Assembly: GCA_965112155.1 (NCBI GenBank)
Contig: OZ218099.1
Reading direction: 5' to 3' (one strand)
Length of the DNA: 64,000 nucleotides
Source: Podarcis liolepis
Taxonomy: Eukaryota
The first letter of the stretch is position 1. Every line of letters starts with the position of its first letter. Under the pieces are notes generated by a model that worked only from the letters and a program-made list of their open reading frames with translations, did not search any database and was not told the DNA's origin. The position numbers were made by a program, and so were the translations under genes. Shown here piece by piece: positions 47,914 to 60,000 of this stretch.

Positions 47914-50900
47914 GTCAGGCTGGATGTTACATGAAGCAAAAGTTTGTGAGGCAGATAAGGGGGCACCCCCCCAAAGTCCCAAAATTGGGCTAACTGTTGA
48001 AGTCTTGAAGCCTGAAGATGGAGACCGCAGGCTGGCGGAATTACGGTAGTCCCTGCTAGGTGCTTGCAGGTATCAGGTTTCACCCAATGGCTAATCTCCA
48101 TTTTGGAAAAACCATAAGGCCTGCCTTTTATTTTTCCCAATTTGAACCATAAAATGGTGATTTTCTTGAGTACCCCTAAACATTTTTTAGGAAAAAAAGC
48201 ACTAAGTATTTCTATTGTTTTACTTGGTATTGTGGGGTGGGGCGGGGGGGGAGCTGCGCCTCTGCCCTCCCCCTTTAGCTACGCCCATGGCCTGTGTGCT
48301 ATTTTGTGACATTTTGGTAGTCCTAATAAAAGTATTACCCAAAGGTAGATTCTGGCTTTTTTTTTTTTTACCAACATGGTTGTCTTGGGATTTGTGTTGA
48401 TTTGTTTTGTTTCTGATGAACTTGACAAAGGACAGAACGTTCTACAATTTTAGGCAGCATTCTAAAACAAGAGAATCCTGCCTAGAATTGTACAGTGTTC
48501 TGTCCTTTGTTACGTATTTTCCCATGGATGTCTGAACACTGAGCTGAAACCACACTGAGCAAAGCCTGAGTAGGGCAATAATTTGAAGCAAAATAAGAGA
48601 GATGCTGCCTCTTCTGAAATTCAGTTAATCCCCAGGGACTGGAAATTGGACAGCTCTAAATTAGAATATATGATTACTCTTTATGCTGACATTGAGGAAT
48701 TAAGGTTTAAATACTGTTTATTATACCTTAATCACCTGCCTGTTGTGATTTGACTGTTATCATTCACCTAAAATTAAAGCAGGAAAACTCGGGATTGTTA
48801 TCTTTTGTCCACCAGAGGGAGTAAGTATCACACCTGCTGAAACTTTGCTCAAGTGCCCAACAGCCTGGAAGTAGATGAGAGTGATTTGAATAATGATGCC
48901 GGCTGAGAGTCTGAAATAGCTTTTATGTAAAGACTGTATCTTTATGTGTAAAATTACGGGTTTGAAAGTCATGGAGGGACTGTAGAATGAAGTTAGTTTT
49001 CGCCTTTGGCTACAAAAAGCCTTTCCAGCTTTATTGGTGCTGTTAATGAAAGGCTCACCAGTTAAGCATACTTAAAGTGTTTTTCATTCCCATTATTCCA
49101 CATGTTTCATTCCAGCAATATCCAATCAGCCTCTTGGATGCCGTCTCTACAGGGAAGGGCATCCTGCAAGGACTTGTTTGTCTTGTAACCTACTTGTAAA
49201 TGCCGCTTACACTTGTAACTGTGCTGACATTGTGTGTGCCCCCGCCCCCCCGGCCCCTGCCCAATGTGATTCCCTGGGACAGGGTGGGAGGGCAATGCTG
49301 TTAACTGTATCCATCTCCTATGGGAAAGGAACCAATTGTGAAATTCTAAAAATATAGAAAATATCTAATGGTTTCCAGGGTAATAGGTGACCATGGTAAC
49401 TAAATGCTAGCTTTGTGATCTGATGGAGGACAGTTAAAAAAAGAAAGGAAAAGGCATAGCCAATTAACTGTGCAGAAATGTTTCTGGGGGAAATATTTTT
49501 GCATTAACCCTGCAGGTGCCAGGGAGGTAGCATTTATGACATGCTCAGGTTGAAATATTGTGATGCGGTGGCTTTAAATTGGCGTCTCGGTGTGTGTGAT
49601 GGCAGGCTGTTTGCTATGACGTTGGCTGGAGAGATTTCTGCTCTTGGATCATAGCACCCATTTAAAGCTCGCTGTTGCCTCTCAACCTTTTGTTGATGCT
49701 GTATACACTATACAGACACACCTTTCCAAGCAAAATTCAGAATTTTCTTATTGCATTGGAGAGCAATAGAGAGGAACATAAATTCTCTTAACAAGATCAC
49801 TGTATTGTCGCTGCATTCCTTTCTGACCTAGATATTTATTGAGAACAAGCAAAAGAAAATTCCAAACCACAATTAGGAGATGCAGTTTGCTATAATTTCC
49901 TGCACCACTAGAGATACGTGCTTGCATAAATGACACTCTGCTTCTCTGAACACTTCTGAGCAGGGAAGCAAAGATCAGGCTTTTTTGAATAGGAATTTTA
50001 AATAAGAATGTTTACTCTCTTGACCCACTTCTCATAAAGCTGCTGTAAAACATGCTGATAAACTACCCCATGAATCTGAAACCAAATGATTTCAGATTTG
50101 TGGAGTAGTTTATCAGTTTACAACCGTCCTCTAGCATCTTTGATGTGATGCACCTTAGGGCTGCTTCTGATGTTAGTTTTCTCTTTCTTATACTGAAAAG
50201 CAGTGTGTGGGGTCAGATAGAAAATGGTCATAGATGCCCATCTTCAGACAGAATGGGAATGCTGAGATAATGATCTCAGGGGCAATTCTAAGTGACAGCA
50301 ATGCAAAAGAGGTGCCGGAACTCAGTACCGGTGAGTTCCGACTGGGGAAAATAAGCCTTGCGTGGCGAGTTCCCGCCCCCCACTAGGATAAATAAAGACA
50401 CGAGACACCATAATTTAAGGTTAAATGGGCGAATTAGGCCACAACTTTATTGAATTCAGGAATGAGAGGCATTGGCTTAGGCATTGGTCCTATCGACTAT
50501 CCGGCTCCAGCCCATTTGCTGGAGACACGGGGAAGGGTTAACACTATATCGGGGGGGGGGAGTCTCCTGCTGAGGCACGTCGACTAGGAGCTCCCCCTGG
50601 TCACCGCTCGGGGGGCGTGCCTTTGGCCCTCACCTCCATAGGCTTCGGACAGGGCCACGCCCCCCGGAGTCCTTTAACGGACCACCCTTCTGACATTGTT
50701 TAAAACCACAGTTTTCCTCCCAGTTCCCTCCATCCTTTAGTCAGACTTCTGCCATTGTTTTAAACCACTGCTTTCCCCCTCTCAGTGGTGCAACCTTCCT
50801 TCACGTTTGCTCCTTTTACCCCGCCGTGACTTCATGCAAATCCAGGACTGTGATGCAGCACGACAAATCCTCCAATAGAGGCTGTGTGATGACATTCTTA

Positions 50901-52410
50901 CATTTTTATTAGATAAAAAGAGATAAAATAATAAATACTATGTGTTTTGCATGAGATGTTAGATTACTAGACCCCTTAGCTATAAGAAACACACCTGTCC
51001 ATTTAAATATCTGAAATACAGACAGGTATAGTCAGATTTGGCTAAATGCTGTAGTTGTTATATGTAAATATTAGAGATTCACTAGTGTTCACTAATTTAA
51101 ATGGGGGGGGGTTGGAAAATCCAGTCCACATTTCCAGAGTTCTTCTATAGGTCTGAAGAGGAATTCCTATATCCTTCATTAAACATGAATATTCTGTGTA
51201 CAGGAACAAAAAGGAACACAGAAGTAGAGGACATATTTTAAACTGCTTCCTTTCAGTGTCCATAATGGGGGGGGGGGTGTCTTTGCCATAGCCAGCCAAA
51301 GAGGAAGCAAATAGATTTGTGTTTTGTGTGTTGCGTAAGATGGCGTGCTGGGCTGCCACACTGCGAGTCAATGGATGGAAGTTACTTAAAGGCATCTTGG
51401 GCACTTTCTCTTGATTGAGCTGGAATTCCTTGGCTTTGAAATTCAGTCTAGGGTGCTCTCTATGAGCTTGGCTTTCCCCTAGAAGCTTGTATAGAAGTGG
51501 AGACCCTTTCCCAACCTGCTCTTCTCTGTCACTGACTGTTGCCTCATGTCCTTTCTGTTGGATGTGCCAGCTTCTCCCCTCCACAGATGTTCTCACTGTA
51601 AGGAAGCAGATGTGCAGATGTAAAAAACAGAATTCACAGCAATCGCTCCCAGCTGAGAGAGGCAACCTGCTTAAGGGAGCAAGCCAATGCTTTGGTGCAT
51701 TTCCTCCTGGCAAGTGTGTTAAGTGGGTGCATTTTTAATGCATTGCATTCATGGGTGTGTACATTTGGTTCTGCGCATAGCACAGATGCACACAGCCCCA
51801 ACCCAAAAGCATATCCTTTTTTTATGCACACATTTACTGGCATACTATAATGGAATATCTTTGGACATTCAACATCCAGGGACAAAACTGTCATGACTCT
51901 GTATTGAGCAAGATTAGAAAACTGTAAAAAAAAACAACAACAAACCCCCACCCCCATTTGCTGTTGGACTCCAACTCCCATCAGTCTCAGCGAGGGACAG
52001 GGGAAAAATTTGGTTCTGCTTACATTTTGAAGCCAATTTTATCAGATTTGCACTTTCCAGAACAATATGAGAACCAAAACACAGCCATCCTTCAAAATTA
52101 GCACTTATCCAAATTCTGCCATGCACTTCTCCAACCAAGCAATGTTTATAAAAATGCATATACTAGGAGGAAATGCATCTTAAAATATATTTGTGAAAAT
52201 AGAATACAAAAATGCTTTATATTAAGTTGCTTTCAAAAATGTGAAAATTGCAGGTACAGATGCGTGTGTGTTTTTAGGAGAGATTCGCACTAAAATACTG
52301 AAACATTTTCACAAGGACTTAAAAAAACAAACCCACAAATATGGAGAACTGAATTTAAGATTAGAAAAATGAGATGCTGAGAGAACTGAAAATGACAGAT
52401 CCTTCCATAC

Positions 52411-52665
52411 TTGGAGAACAGCCTTTACCAAAGGTGTCATGGGCTTTGAAGACACTCGAACACAGGACGCAAGGGAGAAACATGCTAAGAGGAAGGCACA
52501 CTTGGCAAATCCACACCGTGATCAACTCCTGCCCGGAAACCAATGTCCCCACTGTGGAAGGACGTGTGGATCCAGAATTGGCCTCCACAGTCACTTATGG
52601 ACTCACTGTTAAAACCATGTTTATGGAAGACAATCTTACTCGGCTACAAGAGATCGCCAAAGAAG
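52411..52665 (+). mobile_element. RTE-clade LINE 3' fragment (same family as 45150-45825)
   Basis: Near-identical reverse complement of 45150-45392, including the zinc-finger-coding part and 3'UTR. Confidence 0.85.
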
Positions 52666-53140
52666 GCAGAGGCATACTTAGGGGTTGGCGAAACCAGCCC
52701 CCACCGCATGTTTTGTGCCAGAAAATCAAGATGAATGCTCAATAAACAGGTTGTCAGAAGTTGGGAGTCCTTTCCTTATGGTAAATGGTTTGACCAGATA
52801 ATACATGGCCCTTTCTACTTAAAAGGTTCTACTTATGCTTTATCAGAACATTACAACATCTCTTAACATCTGCATTCAAAGAACATTTGCATGACTGTGG
52901 GTGAGTGAATGAGCACATTATACAAGCAATTCTGAGTTACTGAATTTGTTACAGGCCTGTTGAGTGCTTCTGTGGAGAAAATTACTCCTGTTCCTAATAC
53001 ACTTATCATTTATTGCAAATGTCTGGGGCAAGATGTTGGTATTTTCTACTACATTTATTCTTTATTTGACAGATTTGGTATCATATGTGGTATAGATGCA
53101 TCTGATTTTTACCTTCCCTATTCACATTCTGAAAATTGCT

Positions 53141-53387
53141 CCTCCTAAGCCAACCTAGCAGTTCGAAAGCACGTCAAAGTACAAGTAGATAAATAGGTAC
53201 CGCTCCGGCGGGAAGGTAAACAGCATTTCCGCGTGCTGCTCTGGTTCGCCAGAAGTGGCTTAGTCCTGCTGGCCACATGACCCAGAAGCTGTATGCCGGC
53301 TCCCTCAGCCAATAAAGCGAGATGAGCGCCGCAACCCCAGAGTTGGCCATGACTGGACCTAATGGTCAGGGGTCCCTTTACCTTTAC
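53141..53387 (+). mobile_element. Sauria SINE (5'-truncated)
   Basis: gccaacctagcagttcgaaagcac...agataaataggtacc...gagatgagcgccgcaaccccagag...ggggtccctttacctttac with the (ACCTTT)n tail. Confidence 0.85.
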
Positions 53388-54163
53388 GCTTATCAGAGAA
53401 GCACAGAACATGAATGAAGGAGTGTAAATTGAGTGAGGTGAGCCCACTGTGTAAGTGCACTCACAGCATTTTGAGCATGTGAACAACCTGCTCCCTAAAA
53501 TCAAGCTAAGAGTAAAGCTTGTTATTATGGGTCTCAGCAGAGGCTGGATTTGCACAATGCTGCTTAGCTGGTCCCTTGTGTCAGTCATGAGACCTTTTCC
53601 TTAACTTCTTGGCACATGCGTGTTTTTCACATTATCCATTCCACAGCCAAGTGGCAGCCCACATTCTGCCCCCCTCCATTTAATTTTGATTTTGCCAATA
53701 GTGTGTTAAGGAGAGAAGGGAATACAACATAAAATCATGTTACCCAGCTGTGGATGTACTGAAGTGTATTGTGTGGGCCTTTCCCTTCCCCCCTGTGTGT
53801 GGTGATGTTTTCCTGGGTGTCGTCTATCACCACACCTTCTACTTCCATATGGGAGATACTCCTTGATGGATTATAGGTGGGTCTAGTCATGACACATGCA
53901 TTTTTTTTAAAATAACCCATTCTTTTGTACAAGTCTGGCATGTCAGAAAATTTGTTTCTCAGATTATTATTTTTAATTAAATTGGCTGCCCACCCACGTA
54001 AATAATGCTTCTAAAAAACATATCAAATGTCATCTATTTATTTATTAAAGGAATTTGTACACCGGCTTTGCTGGTGTCCTAAATAGGTGCTTAGTCTGTC
54101 TACTGGGTAATCCAACACTGGGGAGATGGCATGTATCATCAGCTGTTTATCACCCTCAGGTAC

Positions 54164-54867
54164 TGTTATCAGAATTTTAAGGTCATATATTTTTTTTAAA
54201 ATGTTCATAACTGTATATATAAACCACATGTCTGAAACCCCATAGACAAGGTCCTGAACAAATTGACCTCAAATATTTCTCTGCAAGGTCAAAGCCAGAA
54301 ACGTCCCCGTTGTCTCTTTCCTCACAAATCCTGTCCTCACAAATCCTGCCTTAAGGGCACATTCAAGATACGAACAGGGTGAGCCTGTGACCTGTGACCT
54401 AGATTCAGGAATTAAGTACAGTAGTTATAATAACAAAAGAGTAGCCAAAACCCAGATAATGCAATCAGATAACTTGCCAGACAGGAGATAAACAACGCGC
54501 TCAGATTTCTGTTATAGACCGCCTTTTCTGTGATGTAGGTATGATGTATCTGGGGTGGTGGTCTTGGGCTACTACACCCCTTCTTTGATGTCTGTATGAT
54601 GTTTCTGGGGGTGGTCTGGAGTTTGAGGATGGGCAATTCCAAAAGTCTATATAAGAGCGGGCACACCTTTGTTCTGGGTCCTCCTCCTGCGTGTGGGGGA
54701 GCATCCTGTTGCAACAGTTAATAAAGATCAGGCTTACTAGCTGCTTTGCTTCACAATATTCTCTGGTTGGTCTCTGTTATTTTTTCCTACTGATAGAGAA
54801 GCTACAAAAGGACTCTATATCTTGGGTACCCCATGAGGGGAAAGGAGCAGTTTTATCACTTATAACA
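54164..54867 (+). mobile_element. Solo LTR (704 bp)
   Basis: TGTTAT...ATAACA termini; 5-bp TSD GGTAC (54159-54163 and 54868-54872); TATA box (ctatataag near 54647) and AATAAA near 54720. Confidence 0.9.
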
Positions 54868-56740
54868 GGTACCTTGACTGTAAATCTTTCTGCTGAGGGA
54901 AGAGAAGGCAGCATCTCAGCTTAAGAGAAAAGCTCTTCCTGTAGATTCATTTTGGATCAGTTGGGAAGCCACTACCAGCCCCCCAAAACAAGCTGGCCAA
55001 TTTTCAAAACATTAACTTCCCCTCTGTTAGCCATAGAAAGCTGTTTAGCAGGCAAGCTAAGTAACTGCAATATTTATAGATTCAATTTCCACATCAATTT
55101 CCCTGATAGGCAAATGCAGGCACAACGTCACTCCTATTAGGAATGCAGGCGGCAAACAGACTGTTGCTATGGCGATTTTTGCCATCACAGCAAAGGCAGC
55201 CCGTGTGCACTGCTTGTGTATGAAGCTTTCTGGCAAAGCAGCTAGTCTTAATTAATCTGAAAAGGCGACACATTTAATAAATGGCAGGAGCAGTGATGGT
55301 GTTGGGAGGGAAGTATACTGAGTCAAGCAAACTTCTCTTTTGAAAAGGAATTGACCTTGCTTGGAGCCCAGAATTTCTAGGAATGGACAGGCCTTGGACA
55401 AACTCTGTGTACCAAATGTTGAAAACAGTTACATATCCGAGCTTGCCAAGGGGAATCTGTGAGTGGCTCTTTACAAGATAGAGTAATTGAAATGTGTTTC
55501 TTCATTCTTTATTTATTCATTCACAGTACTTCTATGCCACCATACCAATGAGGTTCTCTGAGTGGCAAACTTAATTTTAAACATTCAGTATAAAACAGTA
55601 AAAAAATAATCCAGTTCCAGTCAATATCTTTGTGTGGGGCTAGCTGCACCGTGAGAGAGAAAGGAGGCATGCAAACCAACCAAATCAACCTTTTCTTCTT
55701 ATGGCCACCAAATGGATATCTCCCTGGCCAGGGGACCAACTCCTGGGGGCTGAGCCCTTTTGGGGCTCAATATTTTTGCGGGGCAGGAGCCCCAATGTTC
55801 AAAAGGGGCAGAGAAGTCCAAACATGGAGCTGAGCGCAGCACAACTTCTCCTTCTCTTCCTCTTCCTGCCATGGTAAGAAAGGAGCAGGTAAGCAGCTCC
55901 TGGCCGTGGCAGCAGGAGGAGGAAGAGCAGCCGACCATTGAAGCCATGCTGCCCCCCTGATTGGCTCCTCCCAATGTCCTGATATCACATGCATGACATT
56001 GTCCCGCCCCTTCTCCCTCAGAAGTTGCCGCCTCTGTCTCTGGCATGCACCCACACCCACTCCTAAGGGATGTTTCCAGCTTTCTAGATAACTGTTCCAG
56101 CTCTTCTAGCTGTTAGATTCACCAGTTCCAGCTTTTCCAGCTAACTGCTCTCTTTTACATCCTGACTTATGTATCATATTTTCACTCCCCTTCCCACTCA
56201 TTAGCCAATCGGTAGAGTCCTGGATAAGTTTATATTTCTCCTCAATTGCCATATTCCGAGGATGACTCTTTGACCTTCCAATGCAAAACTTCCTCCAGTG
56301 AGCATTTCTGACTGTGGTACAAAATAGAACTTACCGTATGTGCATTTTTAACCTTCCTGTGAACATTTGACCCTCCTGCACATTATATCATCCTGTGCTG
56401 AATAACCTTTAAAGCAAAGTCAACAATTTCATAAGAACCAAGCAGAATGCAAAACAGTGGAACAATTTCATTCCTGAACACCATATTTTGGACTAGCTGG
56501 AATTTCTGAAGCACTTTCAAATACATATACAGTGTATTGCCTTCATCAAAATGGGGTACTTGAACAAGGATTATGGTAGCCAAGTTATCTCTGTCTGGGT
56601 AGAGTCACAGTTGGTTTGTAAGCCAAAGCTGACAAAAAGTCATCTGTGTCTCCAGTGACAACACTGGGTCAATTAGTACTATTCTCTATTTCACAGTGAT
56701 GTCCAATGAGCCTCACCAACTTGGGAGAAATCCAAAAACA

Positions 56741-57040
56741 TGTCAGTGTTTGTAAAAAGCAAAAAAAAGAAGGAAAGGGTTCTGACCTCCCTTTATCTTC
56801 TCAGTCTCCTTGTCGGCACAAAAAGAGTCCACGGGAATATCCTTGCAGAGTTTTATTAAAAGTCTTTGTGCAAAACACAACTGAATAACTATACACACCA
56901 GCACCAACCAACCCAAACACCAGCCACACCAACAAACTAACATCTCTCACTTATATATATACAGATTGATGCAGACCGCTGAGTCATGCTGACCCAGCTT
57001 TATTCGCATTAAAGAAACAGCGGCCATTTTAGCCGTGACA
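56741..57040 (-). repeat. Copia 3' LTR
   Basis: 300 bp, identical by eye to 61471-61770; minus-strand AATAAA at 56852-56857. Confidence 0.96.
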
Positions 57041-57055
57041 CCCCTTCTGTTTCTT
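57041..57055 (-). other. Polypurine tract of the copia element
   Basis: Minus-strand AAGAAACAGAAGGGG abutting the 3' LTR. Confidence 0.85.
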
Positions 57056-57094
57056 AAATGCGAAAAACCCCAACAGAAACAATACATACATACA

Positions 57095-60000
57095 TTATAT
57101 ACATAAACCCAGTTTTGTCATCAATTCATTATGGCATGTTGCTGGCAAAGGCTTGGTAAACAAATCAGCAATATTATCTTGTGACTGACAATACTCCAGT
57201 TTGATTACCCCATTCTGTACACAATCTCTCACATTCGCATGACGGATAGCAATATGTTTTGATGCGGATTTCATTATTTCCGAGCCCGCTAATGCAATGC
57301 ACGATTGGCTAGCTTCATACACTTGGATAGGCAAATCTACTTTACAATCTAGATCTTTTAGTATCTGTATAAACCATATGATTTCATTGCATGCTAGCGA
57401 CAGGCTCCCATATTCTGCCTCACAGGATGAGGTCGCAACAAATCCTTGTTTCTTTGACCTCCATGCAATTATGGAATTAGCAAACATCATAACCATTCCA
57501 CTTGTAGATTTTCTAGTAGCTACACAGCTTCCCCAGTCCGCATCAACAAATACTTCTAGTTTTTCATCTTGTGTACTAGATATCTTTAAACATACATTTA
57601 ATGTCCCCTTTAGATATCTGATAAGCCTTTTCAAAGCACACCAATCGGCAGTACTGGGTTTAGATACATGTTGGCTCAGAACATTTGTAGCACATGCAAT
57701 GTCTGGCCTTGACCACTGGCTTAAATACAACAGTGATCCTATTTTTTGAGTGATACAACTCAGGCTGATCAAATTCATCATCACACACTGTCTTTGGGAA
57801 ATCTGGTGTCATGGGAGTCTGAACTGGCTTGCAGTTTTCCATGCCAAACTGCTCTATTAAATGAAGAATTTTCTCTTTCTGGCTCAATAGGAAGCTTCCA
57901 TCTGCTTCCTGCCTTACTTCTACTCCCAAGTAATTGCTTACAGGCCCCAAGGCTTTAAGCTTAAACCTCTTTTCCAGTTGACTTGTGAGCTTCTGGATCT
58001 CATCTGTGGAACTCCCTCCTACAAGCAAATCATCAACAAAGACTAAGAGCATTAGATATTTGTTGCCTGTCCCCTTGGTGTACAAGCATGGATCAGCCAC
58101 ACTCCTTTTAAAACCAAGTTTTACAAGGGCTTCATTTAAACACTGGTTCCAACACCTTCCACTTTGTTTGAGACCGTAAACAGCCTTTCTCAAACGCCAG
58201 ACTGCACCATTCTCCTCTTCAACCCCAGGGGGTTGTCTCATTAACACTTCATGGTCTAAATTTGCATGCAGATATGCAGCATCAACATCAAAATGGTGCA
58301 CTGCTAGTTGTCTTACAGCAGCAATGGAAAGCATTAAACGAAAAGTTTCACTCTTTACCGTGGGAGAAAACACTTCATCATAACTCTCCCCTTTAATTTG
58401 AGTGAACCCTCTGGCTACTAATCTGGCTCGAAAACGTGGTTCCCCAGATGCAAGGGTTTTCCTTTTGTAAACCCACTTGCATGACACCACTCTGCCACCA
58501 GGTGGCGGCATTATGACCTCAAACACTTTGTTACGTTTAAAAGAGTCCATTTCTTCTTTCATAGCTTGTTCCCACAAAGCACGTTCCCCAGGGGGTAAGT
58601 CTAAGACTTCATTATAACTTTGTGGTTCCACACAACTCACATTGCATACTCTCACTCCTCCTAGGGTCAAACGCTGAGGAGGTACACCCTTGTTTGAACG
58701 CTGGGAGCGCCTAGGCACAACTACTTCTTCTTCCCCCCTTATCTCTGGCTCTTCTTCCTCTTCCTCTAGAGAAGTATTATCTATTGCCACATCTTTTGGG
58801 GAAATCTGTGCCTCCTCCTCATTCTGCTCCTGTGTTGCCAATGGCTGAGAAGAAGCCTCTTCTCTTACTTGCAGGGGCAGTAGGCAATCAGGGTTGGCAT
58901 GGATCGCAGTCCATCTGTCCTGGTCAGCGAAGTCTGCGCTTCGTGACAGAACCACGCGTCCTGGGCGTAAATTGAAACGCCACCCTTTGCCATAGGACTG
59001 GTATCCCACAAACCGCAGTTTCTGCGCTCTAGCGCCCCCTTTCTGGCGCTGAGCTTTGGGAATGTTTACATGTGCCCAAGAACCCCAATTATGGAGCATT
59101 GTCCACTCTGGTTCTTTCCCAAACAATACACGATATGGAATATCTTTTATAGAGCTAGACCAGGTTCTATTAATCAAAAAGTTCGCGGTCAGAAAAGCCT
59201 CGCCCCACAGCCTATGGTTGTGGCCCAATCCTGCATCCACTAGCAGGCAGTCCTTTACTGACTGTATTACAGCCCCACGTCTTTCACACAGACCATTTTC
59301 AGCAGGGCTATAAGGGTTAGTCAAACGGTGAGTGATCCCCTTACGTCGCAACCATGCCCCAAATTGTTTGTTCAGAAATTCTCCGCCCCTATCTGTTTGC
59401 AGCTGCACAACAGGCCGAGCGAAGAGCTTTTCAGCTTGGGCAACCCATTCTCTGAATGTGGGGAAACACTCAGATTTCTGCTTTAACAAAAACAGCCAAC
59501 TAAAACGTGATTTGTCATCTATTACCAGAAAAGCATATCTGGCGCCCCCTTCAGTCTTCTGTGGAAAAGGGCCTATCACGTCACAATGGACAAGTTCTAA
59601 AACCTCTTTAGATACTCTGTCGCTTTTAGAAGCCACAGGCTTCCTCTTAGATTTGGCCATTTTACATACATTGCAGTCTAGGAAACAGTTACAGCTATTT
59701 ACTTTTAGGTTCTTGCATACCTTTTGCATTTCTGAAAGCACACGGAAATTGGCGTGACCCAGTTTTCTGTGCAGTTGATGTACACACCCCTTATGAACTG
59801 GCAAATTATCCTGAACCACCTGGGCTGCTTTAACAGGCTTGTCCTGCATTACATATAACCCATTTTCCAACTTTGCATGGCCACATACCTGAGTTCCATT
59901 CTTTATCAGACAGCCATCCTGCGTGAACTTAACACTATACCCTGCATTAATCAAACAGCTTACAGACAGTAAACAATAGTCCAAACTGCTGACAAACAGA

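Noticed and set aside
46775-48140. Poly-Tyr and (Ile-Tyr)n ORFs
   Set aside because: Translations of (ATT)n and (TA)n microsatellites.
51042-51713. 223-aa minus-strand ORF
   Set aside because: Non-ATG start, no recognisable domain and it runs through poly-G tracts; most likely a chance ORF.
45150-54867. Inverted segmental duplication suggested by two inverted homologous pairs (RTE and LTR)
   Set aside because: The order is RTE, LTR, RTE, LTR rather than mirrored, the LTRs have different TSDs and the flanks are unrelated, so these are independent insertions.
56070-56150. Short degenerate TTCCAGCT repeats (also TGGGACC repeats near 43793-43822)
   Set aside because: Few irregular copies with no constant spacer length; low-complexity duplication, not a CRISPR-like or structured array.
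57041-57095. env-like gene in the copia element
   Set aside because: Only about 55 bp separate the pol stop from the 3' LTR, leaving no room.
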